Assembly: GCA_012295275.1 (NCBI GenBank)
Contig: CM022670.1
Coordinates: 31,248,001-31,312,000 of the forward strand
Reading direction: 5' to 3'
From: Chrysomallon squamiferum
Lineage: Eukaryota > Animalia > Mollusca
Length of the DNA: 64,000 nt
A program made the position numbers and the translations under genes. This document shows positions 38,796-51,648 of the stretch, one piece after another; the stretch's first letter is position 1, and each line of letters begins with the position of its first letter. Under the pieces are notes generated by a model that saw only the letters and a program-made list of their open reading frames with translations, had not been told where the DNA came from and made no database searches.

Positions 38796-40115
38796 ATTTT
38801 TTTTTTTTTTTTTTTTTTCACATTTTGTTTGGGGTATTTTCGGTCTTTCATTTTGGGAGACCTCGGTATTATCGAACGGGTGGTTGATAAATCCGGTTGT
38901 TGATGGTTACGTTAGAAGATTATTCAATTGTTTATTACTGACGTCCATACTAAAACCCACGAAAAATAAATTCGAAATTTTATTTCATTAAGCAAAATGG
39001 GATATACTGATATTGTGTTGTTTTTTAATTTTTAATTTTAGGAATAATGTTGTGTTTTTGGGGGTCTTTTTTTTTTTTTTTTTTTTAAAAATATTTCAGT
39101 TAATGGATGTTAAAAATTAAAGAGGTGTCATTTTTTCGCTTCTCTTATTTAATTTTTTTTGTTGTTTTGGGGTTGTTTTTTTCATTTTTACTTAATTTTC
39201 TTTTAATGTTTTCCCTAAAAATAATATTATAATACCAATCTTTTCAATGCTAATGTTTTCTTTTGTTGTTGTTGTTGGGTTTTTTTGTGTTTTTTTTAAC
39301 ATTTTCATCAATAAAATAGATGTATAGTATAATTATTTCTTAATATTTTTTTTATTTCCAGTTCCTAATATCCTATTCCTGTAAATAAAATTATATGACA
39401 AATAAACTTGTTAAATATTCAAAAACATAGGGGCTTTTTTATTTATTATGTTGGCTGGGTTTCTTTATATGCGTCATTGACAGCATTTATTTCTAAACAT
39501 TGATTCTACATAAATATAATAATTTAAAAAGCAAGACAATTCACATTTATTTACTTTTCATTCCAAAAACTAAATATAAAATATTTTGAATGAACAAATG
39601 AAATAAATTCTGACATGGTAGAATTTGGATTTAGTCTCTGTGGTGAATCAGTGTTTTGCATAACATAAAAATTGTAATTTTAAAATGTTAATAGAGAACT
39701 CATGTTTCCAGGGAACAAAAGCTACTGTTGAGAAATTTTGGTTGTAATTTCTGAATTTTTTTAGCACAGTATTTGATCAAGATATATGTAACATTATTAT
39801 AAAAATTACTAACATCTCAAAGATAAACGTTCAGAAGGAATGGTGATTTTTTTAACACATTATTTAGTCAAGTGGTGTCTTACAATGCTTTTGTGTATAT
39901 TTTTGTTGAACCATACATAACAAGAACAGTTTATATTTTTGCAAAACATTAAAAAAGACAACAAACATTTGTTTGATAAACACAATTTTATGCTCAGTAT
40001 GTCAGTCTTACAAAAGATGTTTTGACACTTTTTTAGAACACACACATACCGATATATACAGTTCCAAAGGCTGTAACTGTTCACACTACCACAAATAATG
40101 TAAACTATATCGTGA

Positions 40116-40890
40116 CTACTTTGTAACTCCTGCAATATCTCCAGCTGGTGCTTTCATAAAAGGTCGTCCTTGCTTCTTTCTTTCTCGATACATTGTGACA
40201 TAACGCTGAAACTGAAAATAAAATTATTTGAACATGTATTCAAAAGATTAATAATACTATCTTACAATTTCAAAATAACATTCAGTTTCTTGTAAAATTT
40301 ATTATTCATTGACCAATTTCAGTATTCTGTTTTACACAATCTGTCATTTGTTTTAATAAAATCTGTCAAATTAATAACTCCAAAAGTAAAATAATATTGT
40401 ATATAAATATTCAGCTACTTTGTTAAACCTAATGACACAGATTTCAGTATTTAGTTAAAATGATGATGAAGCCAAATGAAATAATTAAGAATAAGGCACA
40501 ATATTCAAAAGTATATATTAATATTAAAGTAATGGTGCTTGTATTGAGTTGGACATTTGAAACCATGCAGCTCTTTGAGCATTTTTCATAAATAATTACT
40601 ACTGAGGTGATGCTTATAGAACTATGAGTTGGTGATATATCTCAAATGTTAACAGTTTACTTTTGTAATAAATATCTAAAATAAAAATAGAAGTTTACTT
40701 GTTTTGATTTTGTAACACATTCTGTTAAGTCTTCCAGTTCGGCTGTACATTTAGTGTTAGCTTGTTTTGCTCCAACTCGACTTGAACATCGATAGAAATC
40801 CATTTCAAAATCTCTACATTTACCACCTTGATGACTCAACAACTTCATCATTGGTTGGGTCATTGGTGTATACCATACTGGAAGAGCCAT
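40116..40890 (-). CDS. NDUFS5: NADH dehydrogenase iron-sulfur protein 5 (complex I 15-kDa subunit), 95 aa
   Basis: Coding exons 40890-40699 and 40211-40116 (phase 0, GT-AG). Twin CX9C motif CRDFEMDFYRC...CTAELEDLTEC is followed by KSKQFQRYVTMYRERKKQ. An acceptor AG sits just before the ATG, implying an upstream 5' exon. Confidence 0.88.
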
Positions 40891-41289
40891 CCTTGACAAA
40901 GAAAATATATCAATTTAATGCAGACTATTAACATACATCCTATGTGTTTAAAAAGCAGTTGTTATTCAATAAAAAAAAAATATCATGCTATTGGAATTGA
41001 TTACTTCATTGATGAATTTTACTGATGTACATTAATATTTATTTTAATATAATCATTGAATATAATTAATTTTGAATTAAATATATTTCTGTGTGTGTCA
41101 ATCAACTCAATATATCTGCACGTATATTGTAAGTGAATGTGTTTTCTTGCTGGATAAACCATAAAATTATAAAATACTGCAGAAATTGTTAAATAGTTCT
41201 CCATCATCGTTTAATGATTATGCAAGGAGCAATTTAATATTATGGTCATGCTGGCTGTAATATGATAAAATTTAGAATTAGACTGCTGA

Positions 41290-41580
41290 GTCCTGACGAG
41301 TTGGTGATCATCAATATCAGTAATCCTACTAACACTAATCATAATAGTAATACAGTAAATTAGTAATACTACTATTATAGTACTAATACTAATACATTAT
41401 ACATAATACTGTAACTTGTAAGCTGTAATACTAATACTGTAATAGAGTTATAATAGTAATGTTATTACTAGTAATAGCAAATAGTAAAATACTGAAATAC
41501 TTCATTATCATAAAATAATACAGTGATATACTCAATACTGAAATTCAAGTACTATTACTATTAGTATTAGTAAATACTAA
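41290..41580. repeat. AT-rich degenerate (TAG/TAA/TAC) low-complexity repeat
   Basis: Recurrent tagtaatact/aatactg units visible. Confidence 0.6.
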
Positions 41581-43602
41581 AAATGTGTGTAAAATAGATA
41601 AATTACAAGTTTATACTTTATTGATACTTCACTACCAGCTAATTTTAAATACCCAACATTGTCATATTTGATCAATTCAAATGTCTTTGCAACAAACAAA
41701 AAAAAACTATATAAAAATTATAAAATAATAAATATTTAATAAAATAATGGTACCTAAGCGTACACAAATCAGAAAACACTTATGTCCTTGGCACTTCGTA
41801 ACCGATCCTTCTTCACCTTATAATTAGAACCAGTCTACTTTATTTCTTCTTCCCGAATTTCCTACTTTATAAGGAGCACTATATTAGAATACGAGTTTCC
41901 CAAGACATAATAATGCCAGAAAGGACTGATAGTAATTTCAGACTGTTTTTCTTTTTCTGTACTGGCTGTACAATGCAAATGGGTACAGTGTTCTAACTTC
42001 TACGTTATTTTTCAGTCTATATCGCTCTAATATGCAAATGGACAAGCACTAAATGATATGGAAACATTAGTATGATGATTGGAAAACTACTTAGAAAACG
42101 CACTAACAGCAAATTAATATTTTATTTTCCGTATTATTCTTGTTGAATTCATGAATACGTTAAACGGTAGTTTCCACTGTGCTACCAGGACCTGCGTGAG
42201 CTTTTCAGTATGTCACTAACGTGATTACAGAAACGAATTACTTTTGCTTACATACAGCACTCAGCCTATCAGTCAGTCATTCCACTTAGATCTAATTACT
42301 AATCGAACCAAGCTAGCTGTTTATTCACAGGAAAAACATTGTTCATGTTTTTCGTTTAACACTGTTAATTCTTTTCAATCAGAACATGTCAGTAAACAGT
42401 TCTACCAAATATTTGAGTTGAAAATGTTAAATGCTAAGCCATAATATTAAATACTTTTGTAAACTGGTATCTTCAGCTAGAAAAACTACGTTACTCTCAT
42501 TTTTTATTTGTTTATCTTTTAGTCTGTACTGTCCTTCTATTTAAAGGCAATTAACATAATTACAGAATTGCACAGGGTATATGTATATATATATATGAAT
42601 GTATCTATGTATGTGTTTCAATCTGTCCGACATAATTATTATCATCATTCAGTTTTTCTATTAATATATGATTATTTTCACAAACACACTTATAAACACA
42701 AAGACACACATACATACGTATGAACATACAAACATACATGAATACATACATACATACATACATACATACATACATTATACACACACGCACATGCAGTTGT
42801 GTTGTAGATGTGTGAATATGCGAGTGTGTGTTTGTCTGTCTGTCTGTCTGTCTGTGTAATCAGATGGCATGTAGGGACTAATACAACAATTCTGTATGGA
42901 TTTAAAATTTAGTCACAAAATAAGCGGATATTATTTCCAAAGCAGTGAGAAGTCGACCTTTTTAAATGTTAAGCATACAAATTATTTTTATTGATTTGTC
43001 GTTTGGTATGTCTAAGCCGGAAATATTTTATTCAGTAACATGCACAAATCATTTAACGATTTTCCTTTTATTTAGTTAACACAACTGTCATCAGTTTTAA
43101 AAAATAATTGAGCCATTCAAATTATTTTCTTTATTATTTTTTCCCCGATAATTACGTCTAAATGTTATAATAACTATTTTAAAATAATAAAAAAAAAAGT
43201 GACATAATTTAATACTTATTTTTGTTAATATTGTGAAAACTGGCCTATTCTGATTATATTTATTTTATTTTTACTCGTTTCGACTGAAAATGGATTGAAA
43301 AATCTCAAAATGAACCTTCTGCGATAGTGATATCGATTTCAGTATTTCAGCTGAGATTGTTACTTGTTCTTTTTTATTTATTTTTCTCCTTCTATCTCTG
43401 TGGTCTCTATGTGATCTAGCTTTATAAAATGTCATGACACATAAAAACACTCTTGATCCATAATTTCCTGTACAAGAAAATGAGAAGAAAGACTTAATTT
43501 CCCAAGATATCAAACACTTTAAACAGAGACATTTACCCTTTTGAAAGAATCTGGCTGTCGTTATTTTTATATGTGAAATTCTACTTCTGGTACATATCCA
43601 GC

Positions 43603-43634
<32 letters not shown>

Positions 43635-43737
43635 TGTCTTTACTGTCGTTTTGTTACTTCTTTCTAATAACAAGAGCATACAAAATAATCCTCATGGTTG
43701 TAACAATAGATTAAGGATTTCGCTAGTTTTGTCTCAG

Positions 43738-43793
<56 letters not shown>

Positions 43794-43934
43794 AAACACT
43801 TTTACTACGGAACTCCTAGGCGTTCTGTTTTCAGAATTATTTGCATTTGGTCAAAAACAAAGTGTTTAAGTGTGATAGAAAGGCTATGTGCAATTATATG
43901 TTAACATCAGTTAGGTAAAACACTGTACGCCCAG

Positions 43935-43965
<31 letters not shown>

Positions 43966-44239
43966 TCTTTTGATAAAAACCATTGTTTTCCGCCAGGTTC
44001 TCTATTTTCTATATTTTAAACGATTGACCTCAGTTTACAGTTTCAAATAACGTGACATACTTTCATGTGTCATGATATCATTTTAGGTCACGTGATATAA
44101 CTTGAAGTTGTGTGATACCTACTTCTTTCTTCTTTTGCTTTTTTTTATTTATATACTTTTTTCTTCTTTTTTCTCTGTATCTGTCTCAGCATGAGATATA
44201 ACAAAAGATTAGAAATACTCCCCAACCAGACACATCAAG

Positions 44240-44279
<40 letters not shown>

Positions 44280-44772
44280 CATCCTTATGTCAGGAGTACT
44301 GGTCTAAACCAGATATTTTGAATGTCAATGAAAATACACCGGACATCCATTTGAGCGAAATATATATAATACAACCATGTATGATCTGTGATTTGTATTC
44401 TCAAACACAAATATCGTACATTTCTGTCTGGCTGCTAAATACTTGTTAAATTATGTTCATGTCACAAACAGAGCAAATATCGTGGCTATATGTTTTGTTT
44501 GCTAAACGCTAAACGTAAACTAATGGTATGACATCAATCGAAAGAAGTGAGGTAAATACTGGGCTGTTGCAGTTATTCCCAACAAACAGAAGCACAAAGG
44601 TAACATCTCTTGCTCGTCCATAGTAATCGATAAACTTCGATGTAGTTCTGAAGAAAGGATTATTAATTATTGGGTAAAGAAAATATAGTGTCAGTGATTT
44701 ATCAGTTGTGTTTACAGGACATTGGTGGAACAGGAAATAGCCCGGTTGGCGGATTAATTTTGAAACTTTCGA

Positions 44773-44826
44773 TCACTATTACATTAGCTGAACAACTAAT
44801 CTTTTGTGTTTATATTTGACTGTGCT

Positions 44827-44917
<91 letters not shown>
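44773..44917 (+). repeat. Left arm of a long-range inverted repeat (~58 bp unique sequence plus (GA)n)
   Basis: tcactattacattagctgaacaactaatcttttgtgtttatatttgactgtgctggga(ga)n is the reverse complement of 48064-48184, with 2 mismatches in the unique part. Confidence 0.9.
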
Positions 44918-44918
<1 letters not shown>

Positions 44919-45705
44919 ACGAATATAATTTGTTATTTTCTATTTCTTTCTTCTTTTTTTTTTCTTTTTTTAAATTTTGTATTGGGAGCTATAATTCAAT
45001 TAAAGTCCAGATAAACAAATCATCAGAGCGAAAAGTAAATTATTTGACATAAACCAGATACTAATTTAGAGCCAACAGAGAATAGTAACAATCATGTCAA
45101 AAAAACACTTTAAAAATGATATTCATAATACATATTAATATTTAAAAAAATAAAAAGGAATACTTGCATTAAAATATGTTAGATAATTTGTAAATTTCAT
45201 AAGATGATAAGCGCATTTCTTCGATTAATTTTGAATTTGAAAATACTTTCATTTTTTATTTGTTTTTGTTTTTTATTCTACTGTTTTTTTTATAATTATT
45301 ATTACTTTAAGAAAGGGCGTGAAATGTGATTCTTTTTATCACAGAAAAATATTCTTAAATACAAACATGCATTTAAGAAGTTAAACCTAATTATTTTAAG
45401 AAGTAATAACATTACTAAATATATCCCTTGTCTTACTTTGTCATATAACCGATATCAATAGAAGAGTCAGGAGATTAAGCAAGAATAATTTATAGGTGCA
45501 CAGAGATCTTTCTGCTTACTTGTAAACATCATTCAAATAACAAAATATAATAATAATAATGATAATAATTCAAATGGTAGTACAAGCAGACGTAGTAGTA
45601 GTTGCAATAGCAGTAGTAGCAACAGATGCTTGCAAATATACCTGTCTGTATGAAACAGATTTCCTTTTGTTTTGTTCTTATTTGTTCTTATTTTTTTTTT
45701 TTTTT

Positions 45706-45736
<31 letters not shown>

Positions 45737-45937
45737 AACATATGCATGCAGTTTTAAATTTTTATAACTCTTGATTTATATACATTGTAGAACTGTAAAT
45801 GTTATAACATAAATATATTTATTGTGGAGATTCTTAATTTTAAACATGACCAATGTCTTTATGGTGTAACTGAAAATCAGGTATAAAATGTCCTTCTAGA
45901 ACTTCGGAATCGTATCGCGATTTGTATCCATAATGAT

Positions 45938-45981
<44 letters not shown>

Positions 45982-45982
45982 G

Positions 45983-46444
45983 TCTATATAAATATTTCTT
46001 TCAAAATTGTTATAAATGCAGTGATATTTGATGATTATAACTGCAGACGGGGTTATATGTATTATATTTGTACAGAATTTGCAAGCGATTAACACCCTGC
46101 TTAGCGATAACTCTTGCTGGAACACGTCAAATAAACGAATGCCTTGTGAGTAACTGGCAAAGCAAATAACCAATACTCGGTTTGTCTGTGTTGGAAATAT
46201 CAGAGAGAATAAATGGGTCGATCGCTTTACAGTCCTGAGCGGACATTCCTCCGGATGGCTCGTTATTCGTGGCTGTTTCCTGGATGCTAACACGTGTGTT
46301 TTTCAACCAGAACTGTGGTGGTGGATCTGTTGTTTGATTTCTGTGGATACGATGACTCAAGTTCTGTGGATTTGTGCATCTGCTAAGATTGTTGATAAGC
46401 TAATATCATTGTAAGATGAAGATGCAAATGGCATTTCTGTGCAG
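45983..46444 (+). promoter_or_regulatory. Candidate promoter and first exon (TATA-like ctatataaa, CpG-richer tract, donor cag|gtgggt), possibly of the 57-kb membrane-protein gene
   Basis: Local GC/CpG enrichment at ~46080-46440 and a strong donor at 46444/46445. Linkage to the 57406 acceptor is inference. Confidence 0.35.
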
Positions 46445-48060
46445 GTGGGTAAACATTAGGTATACCGCGTTTTCTCCTTAACTTTGATATTGTTTTTGAT
46501 GAAATGGATTCAAAGTTTCTGTATACTGCAGATGGTTTGGCACTGGGTGTTGAAGAAAATAATGCATGTACACGTGTTTATGAAAACAAAATTATGTACT
46601 GTCTCAAAGTAAAACAAAGAATCAAATAACAACTAAGAAATATCATAATATACTGAATCAAATTCAGTTTTAAAAAGTATTAGAAATCTAATAAAAGAAA
46701 TTAAAATTTGTCTCACAATATTTATAGTTTTTTGAGTGGAGGATGGGGAATGAGGATGGTGGTTTTAAAGTGAAAAATAAAAATCCATCAATATCTAAGT
46801 ATCCGAATGAAGGCAGTTAATGTGTGTTTTAAATGTTAGCAGATAGCATGTATAAATATCAACAAAAAATCAAATATGTATGTAGTCTGCAAAGCCAATT
46901 ACGAACTTTTCATCGTACGTATAGAAGCAATGTTTACTTATTCTATTTTTCTATTCTAAAGTTTTGTGTTTTATACAAAACAACACTAAGTAAATATATC
47001 TTTATTTGAAATCCAAACTCTTGTAAGGTTTATAACCTTTATAAAGGAAAATATAACGAGTATGTGTCACCTATTAATACATTTATTTTATATATAACAA
47101 GTTTTGATACGAATGATTTATCACAGCATAACAAAAATGTTTCACCTGTAAATATGTCTTTAATTGAAATCTAATATTTAATATATATAAAATTCGCTTT
47201 AACATGTTCGACAATAATATATAATATAAGTGTTTCTTAACCTATAAACATATCTTTATTTGAAATCCAATATCTGATTATAATTATGAAATTCGCTTTG
47301 AAATGGACATCTTTTATTATTAAGAACCGTTAGAGTAAATTCAAACTGAATTGAAAATTAAACGTGTTTTATATTCATTTATATAACGGTATGGTATATA
47401 CTTTATGTTAGACGAAATCAATGAAACCGGATTATATGCATCAGGAGGCCTATTTAATTCTTTGTGCAGGAAACTCTTTTCTTATGTATATGTCACCTAA
47501 TATATTTTCAATCAAATGCGAAGGTGCCCTTTCTATCTAGTTTATCACGTTTGCTGTAGCCTACCAGTGTTGTTCAGAATATAAAATTTAATATTATATT
47601 ATGTTTTTCATCTAAGAAAATGGGGAAGGATTATAAAAAATTACAGTAAGCCTATGATGAACTGTTTTTTATTATTTTTATTGTTACATTTTTGTTTTCT
47701 TGATTATATTAATTATTATTATTATTATTTCTTTTTTTTTTTCATTTTATTATTATAATTATTGTGGTTTTTTTTTTTTTTTTTTTTTTTTGTTATTTTC
47801 AATTTTTGATGTTTTTGTTGTTGTTATTTTTCTCTTCTTCTTCTTTGTGATCTTTTTTCCCTGTATACATGTATTTGTTTTCGTTTTGTTTGGATTTTAT
47901 TTATGTTCACTATTACAGTTGTTGTTTTGTTTTATTTTTTTAATTCACAAACATACAAACAGAGAGATTCACATGCAGGCGCAGTCTTATAGTAACGTGG
48001 TATGTAATATTTTTTATGGTATCTCCAGATATGATTGTAAGTAATTAGTTTAAATAAAAA

Positions 48061-48063
<3 letters not shown>

Positions 48064-48129
<66 letters not shown>

Positions 48130-48184
48130 CAGCACAGTCAAATATAAACACAAAAGGTTAGTTGTTCAGCTAATGTAATATTGA
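48064..48184 (-). repeat. Right arm of the long-range inverted repeat ((CT)n plus ~58 bp)
   Basis: (ct)n followed by tcccagcacagtcaaatataaacacaaaaggttagttgttcagctaatgtaatattga. Confidence 0.9.
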
Positions 48185-48410
48185 CGCAGTCAGAATGCCA
48201 GACAGATTCTTACGCGAAAACTGCTTCAGCTCCAAAAGATTTATGTATTTGGCATCTTTATCAAAGATCGTGGCCTATTTGATAACATCTATCAGTCTAC
48301 ATTACATCAATTACTTCTGTGTTTGTTTAGTAATGATTACAAATAGTATTCAAAACCTTAGGCAAAATGTTTTGAAAATAATTAATATATTCATAGTTTT
48401 AGTGTCTAAA

Positions 48411-48543
<133 letters not shown>

Positions 48544-48559
48544 AATTTAATCAATAAAT

Positions 48560-48944
48560 CAGGGGTGCCCAATACGTCGATCGCCAATGTGCGGGTAGAT
48601 TGCGCGCCATTGAAAAGTTTTAAAAGCTTATCATCTATTCTTCCTTTTCCCAAACGAAGATTATTAAGTCCAAGTACCGTTCTAATGTGACTCATAATCA
48701 TACTGTCCGGACTATGCATTCAGTGCAAGTCACCTGAGTAAGGTAGTGACCATAAATGTATTCAACTGTATTGTGTCATAAGGGTTCATGCAGTGATGAA
48801 AGTGCACCAATATATATTGTATATATAAAATATACTCAGTACATATTGAAATAAATATATTTAGTATTTTTGGATACAAGTAGATCATTTTGACCTGGTC
48901 ATTTTAAAAGTAGCTCGCAAGATGAAAACGTATGGGACCCCCTG
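48560..48944. mobile_element. hAT (Charlie-like) MITE
   Basis: Imperfect TIRs caggggtgcccaatacg and cgtatgggaccccctg. The 8-bp TSD is caataaat (48552-48559) and cactaaat (48945-48952), 7/8 identical. Confidence 0.85.
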
Positions 48945-49457
48945 CACTAAATATACTGAAATGGTGCGTCACGTTACTGTAATACCGCATTGTTTTGAAA
49001 AATAAAATATGCATTAAAACATAGTATAATATTCGTATGTTTACAAGCAATGTTCATTAACTGAGCATGTGAAAACTATATCTTTTGGAATTAACAAAAA
49101 TAAAAAAATAAAAACTAACTGGTGCCCTCAGCGATGAAAAATCAGTTGATTTATTAATGAGCTGATGCAATAGTCAGGTTTTTGTTTGTATGACTGCGTA
49201 TCTGTGAGAAATGAAAAAAATTATTTGTTTATATTACATTCATCGCCAAACAATCTAATGTAATAACTAAATCTACAATTCTGAAAACTGCAGAATAAAC
49301 GCAAAGACAGCCACACACATGTATAGGAAATGTCGAAACATCAGTAAATGTTGTCATGTGCCAAAAGCGGTAAGTCTTAACAGCCCTTCAGTGCGTTAGT
49401 CGACTGGGAATTTTCTAAATTTTGTAGTTTAATTAGAGAATTAAAATAATAATAATG

Positions 49458-49508
<51 letters not shown>

Positions 49509-50438
49509 CTGTTTTGGGGTGGTTTTTTAAATCATTATTATATGCACCATGTTTATACTCAACTGTTATAATGTCATGAGAACCAGAATGGTTTAACCGA
49601 AAAGAAATAAGAAATGAGTTTGAATCATATAATGATAAATGTTAATAAGATCCATCAGTACCAGAACGGTCTACATCATGTGAATTATATTTACTTGTAT
49701 TCATAAATTCCTTAAATTTTTATATATCATTTGTTTTCACTTCTAATCCTTTTTTTTATTTACTTATATTTTAACAACTTCAGCATCGATTATCTCAAAA
49801 CCAAAGAAATGTGAATTAGGCCATGAATGTTTTAAGCCCTTCGTACGAGGATGCAAGATTTAATACTAAGTTTTTTTGTTCTGAAATACCAGAGACTACA
49901 TCATTTAATTTAGCCGTGTAGACCACAGCTGAAAGTTCAGTGTATTTCTGGTAATATCTGTTGTAAAACATGATAGAAATAAATGGCAAAATTGAGTAGT
50001 TGATTCTAAGCATTAGATGATATATATTCATTTCACTAATGGCAATGAAATGAATAACGCACATGTGGCCCTTATCGAATTCTTTTTTTATTCCCTGCAT
50101 TAATTAGTTACAAATGCTTAATATAAAATTATGACAGCCCGGTATTTCAGACTGAATTTTGTTAAAGTAAATATCTGATTTATTATATTTTTATTTATTA
50201 TTATTATAATTTTTTTTAAAGATTTTTATTGCCAATATCTATTTCTAACATAACTTGTTAGTGAAAATTAAAGAAATAGGAATTATATTTCATTTAACGC
50301 CAACTCCCATTTCCTCAGTCACTAAATAAGTATACATGTGTCCAGTAAGTAATTATCGTTGTAACATAGATATTGTGTTTTGTTTTGTGTTCATAATTCA
50401 TACTTGATACTGTATATAGTTTATATCTACAGTATTTG

Positions 50439-50493
<55 letters not shown>

Positions 50494-51581
50494 GTAATAA
50501 TCAAACATTACAATTTCTTAATTGTAATCCGTAGACAGTGCATACACAAGCAATTACAAATACCTAATGTACACACATACACACAAATATACATACACAA
50601 ATACATTACACAAATATATACAAAAACACATAAATACATTTATACACTACACACACCGTAAGCTTAGGTTTGTTATACTCTTAGACTTTTTCTATAATTA
50701 TAACAATAACACAAAAAGATAAAAACACAAGGCATACCTCCATATAAATTTCCAGATAAGCAAAAATATAAATAATTCATAATGATGGTCGTACGTGTTA
50801 TGGAAGTATATCAGTAATCACAACCTCCTGGTATGAATCCTCCCAATGATGTTTCGTACTGGTTGTCTTAGTTATATTTTATCCTGTTACAGCAAGTTTA
50901 TTTAATTAATTTATTGAGATTTTTCAGCTATGTAGAAACTTGATGCTGTTTTCTCATTTTCACATATTACTGATAAACATAGACTATCGATTTAATAATG
51001 TTTTACCTTTTCATTTTTTTTATTTTTATTTTTTTTTTTTTAGTAAAGTGGGTTTTTGTTTTCTACTCTACTGAAATCTATTTTTTTTTTTTTTTATTAT
51101 TTGCTTACATGTAATGTAAATACGATCATTTTGTGGAGGTGTTGTTTTAACATATTGATTTTCTGAGAGTTTAACACTTGTACAGGGAAGTTTCATGAAG
51201 TGTGTTTCCATAATGCTTTGCACAAAGTGTTTTTCCTGGTATGGCTCCACTGTCATGGATTAAATGAAGCTTGATTTGAATCGTTTGGATGGATGTTGAT
51301 CTATAGAGAAAATTAGTGAAGTGTGTTTATGTAATATTTTGTACAACCTGTACCAGTGAGCTCTTATTGTGTTTTAGGAACAATTTAAAATGCTGTTCTG
51401 AATATTATGAACTGAAATTAATTCCAGGTATAACGACATTGTGATTAAACCACCAGCTGCTTCAGTACCTCTATAATTATGTCATCATGTGTACAATTCT
51501 AATGATAGGTATTTCGTTTATTTGTGAACATTCTGATCCAGATGGTCAAACATTCAGACATTAAAGGTTTTTACCAAAATA

Positions 51582-51648
<67 letters not shown>

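Noticed and set aside
41740-41830. Exact 5' exon of NDUFS5
   Set aside because: It is probably here, but the donor is ambiguous (ttag|gtacca versus a non-canonical gac|ataagt), so it was not annotated.
43669-44120. Possible Helentron/HINE-like repeat around the (TG)n tract
   Set aside because: The resemblance is only impressionistic; subterminal inverted repeats and a 3' hairpin could not be fixed.
46996-47300. 21-bp direct repeat atatctttatttgaaatccaa ~254 bp apart, considered as a CRISPR-like or LTR structure
   Set aside because: Only two copies in eukaryotic AT-rich DNA; best explained as a decayed local duplication.
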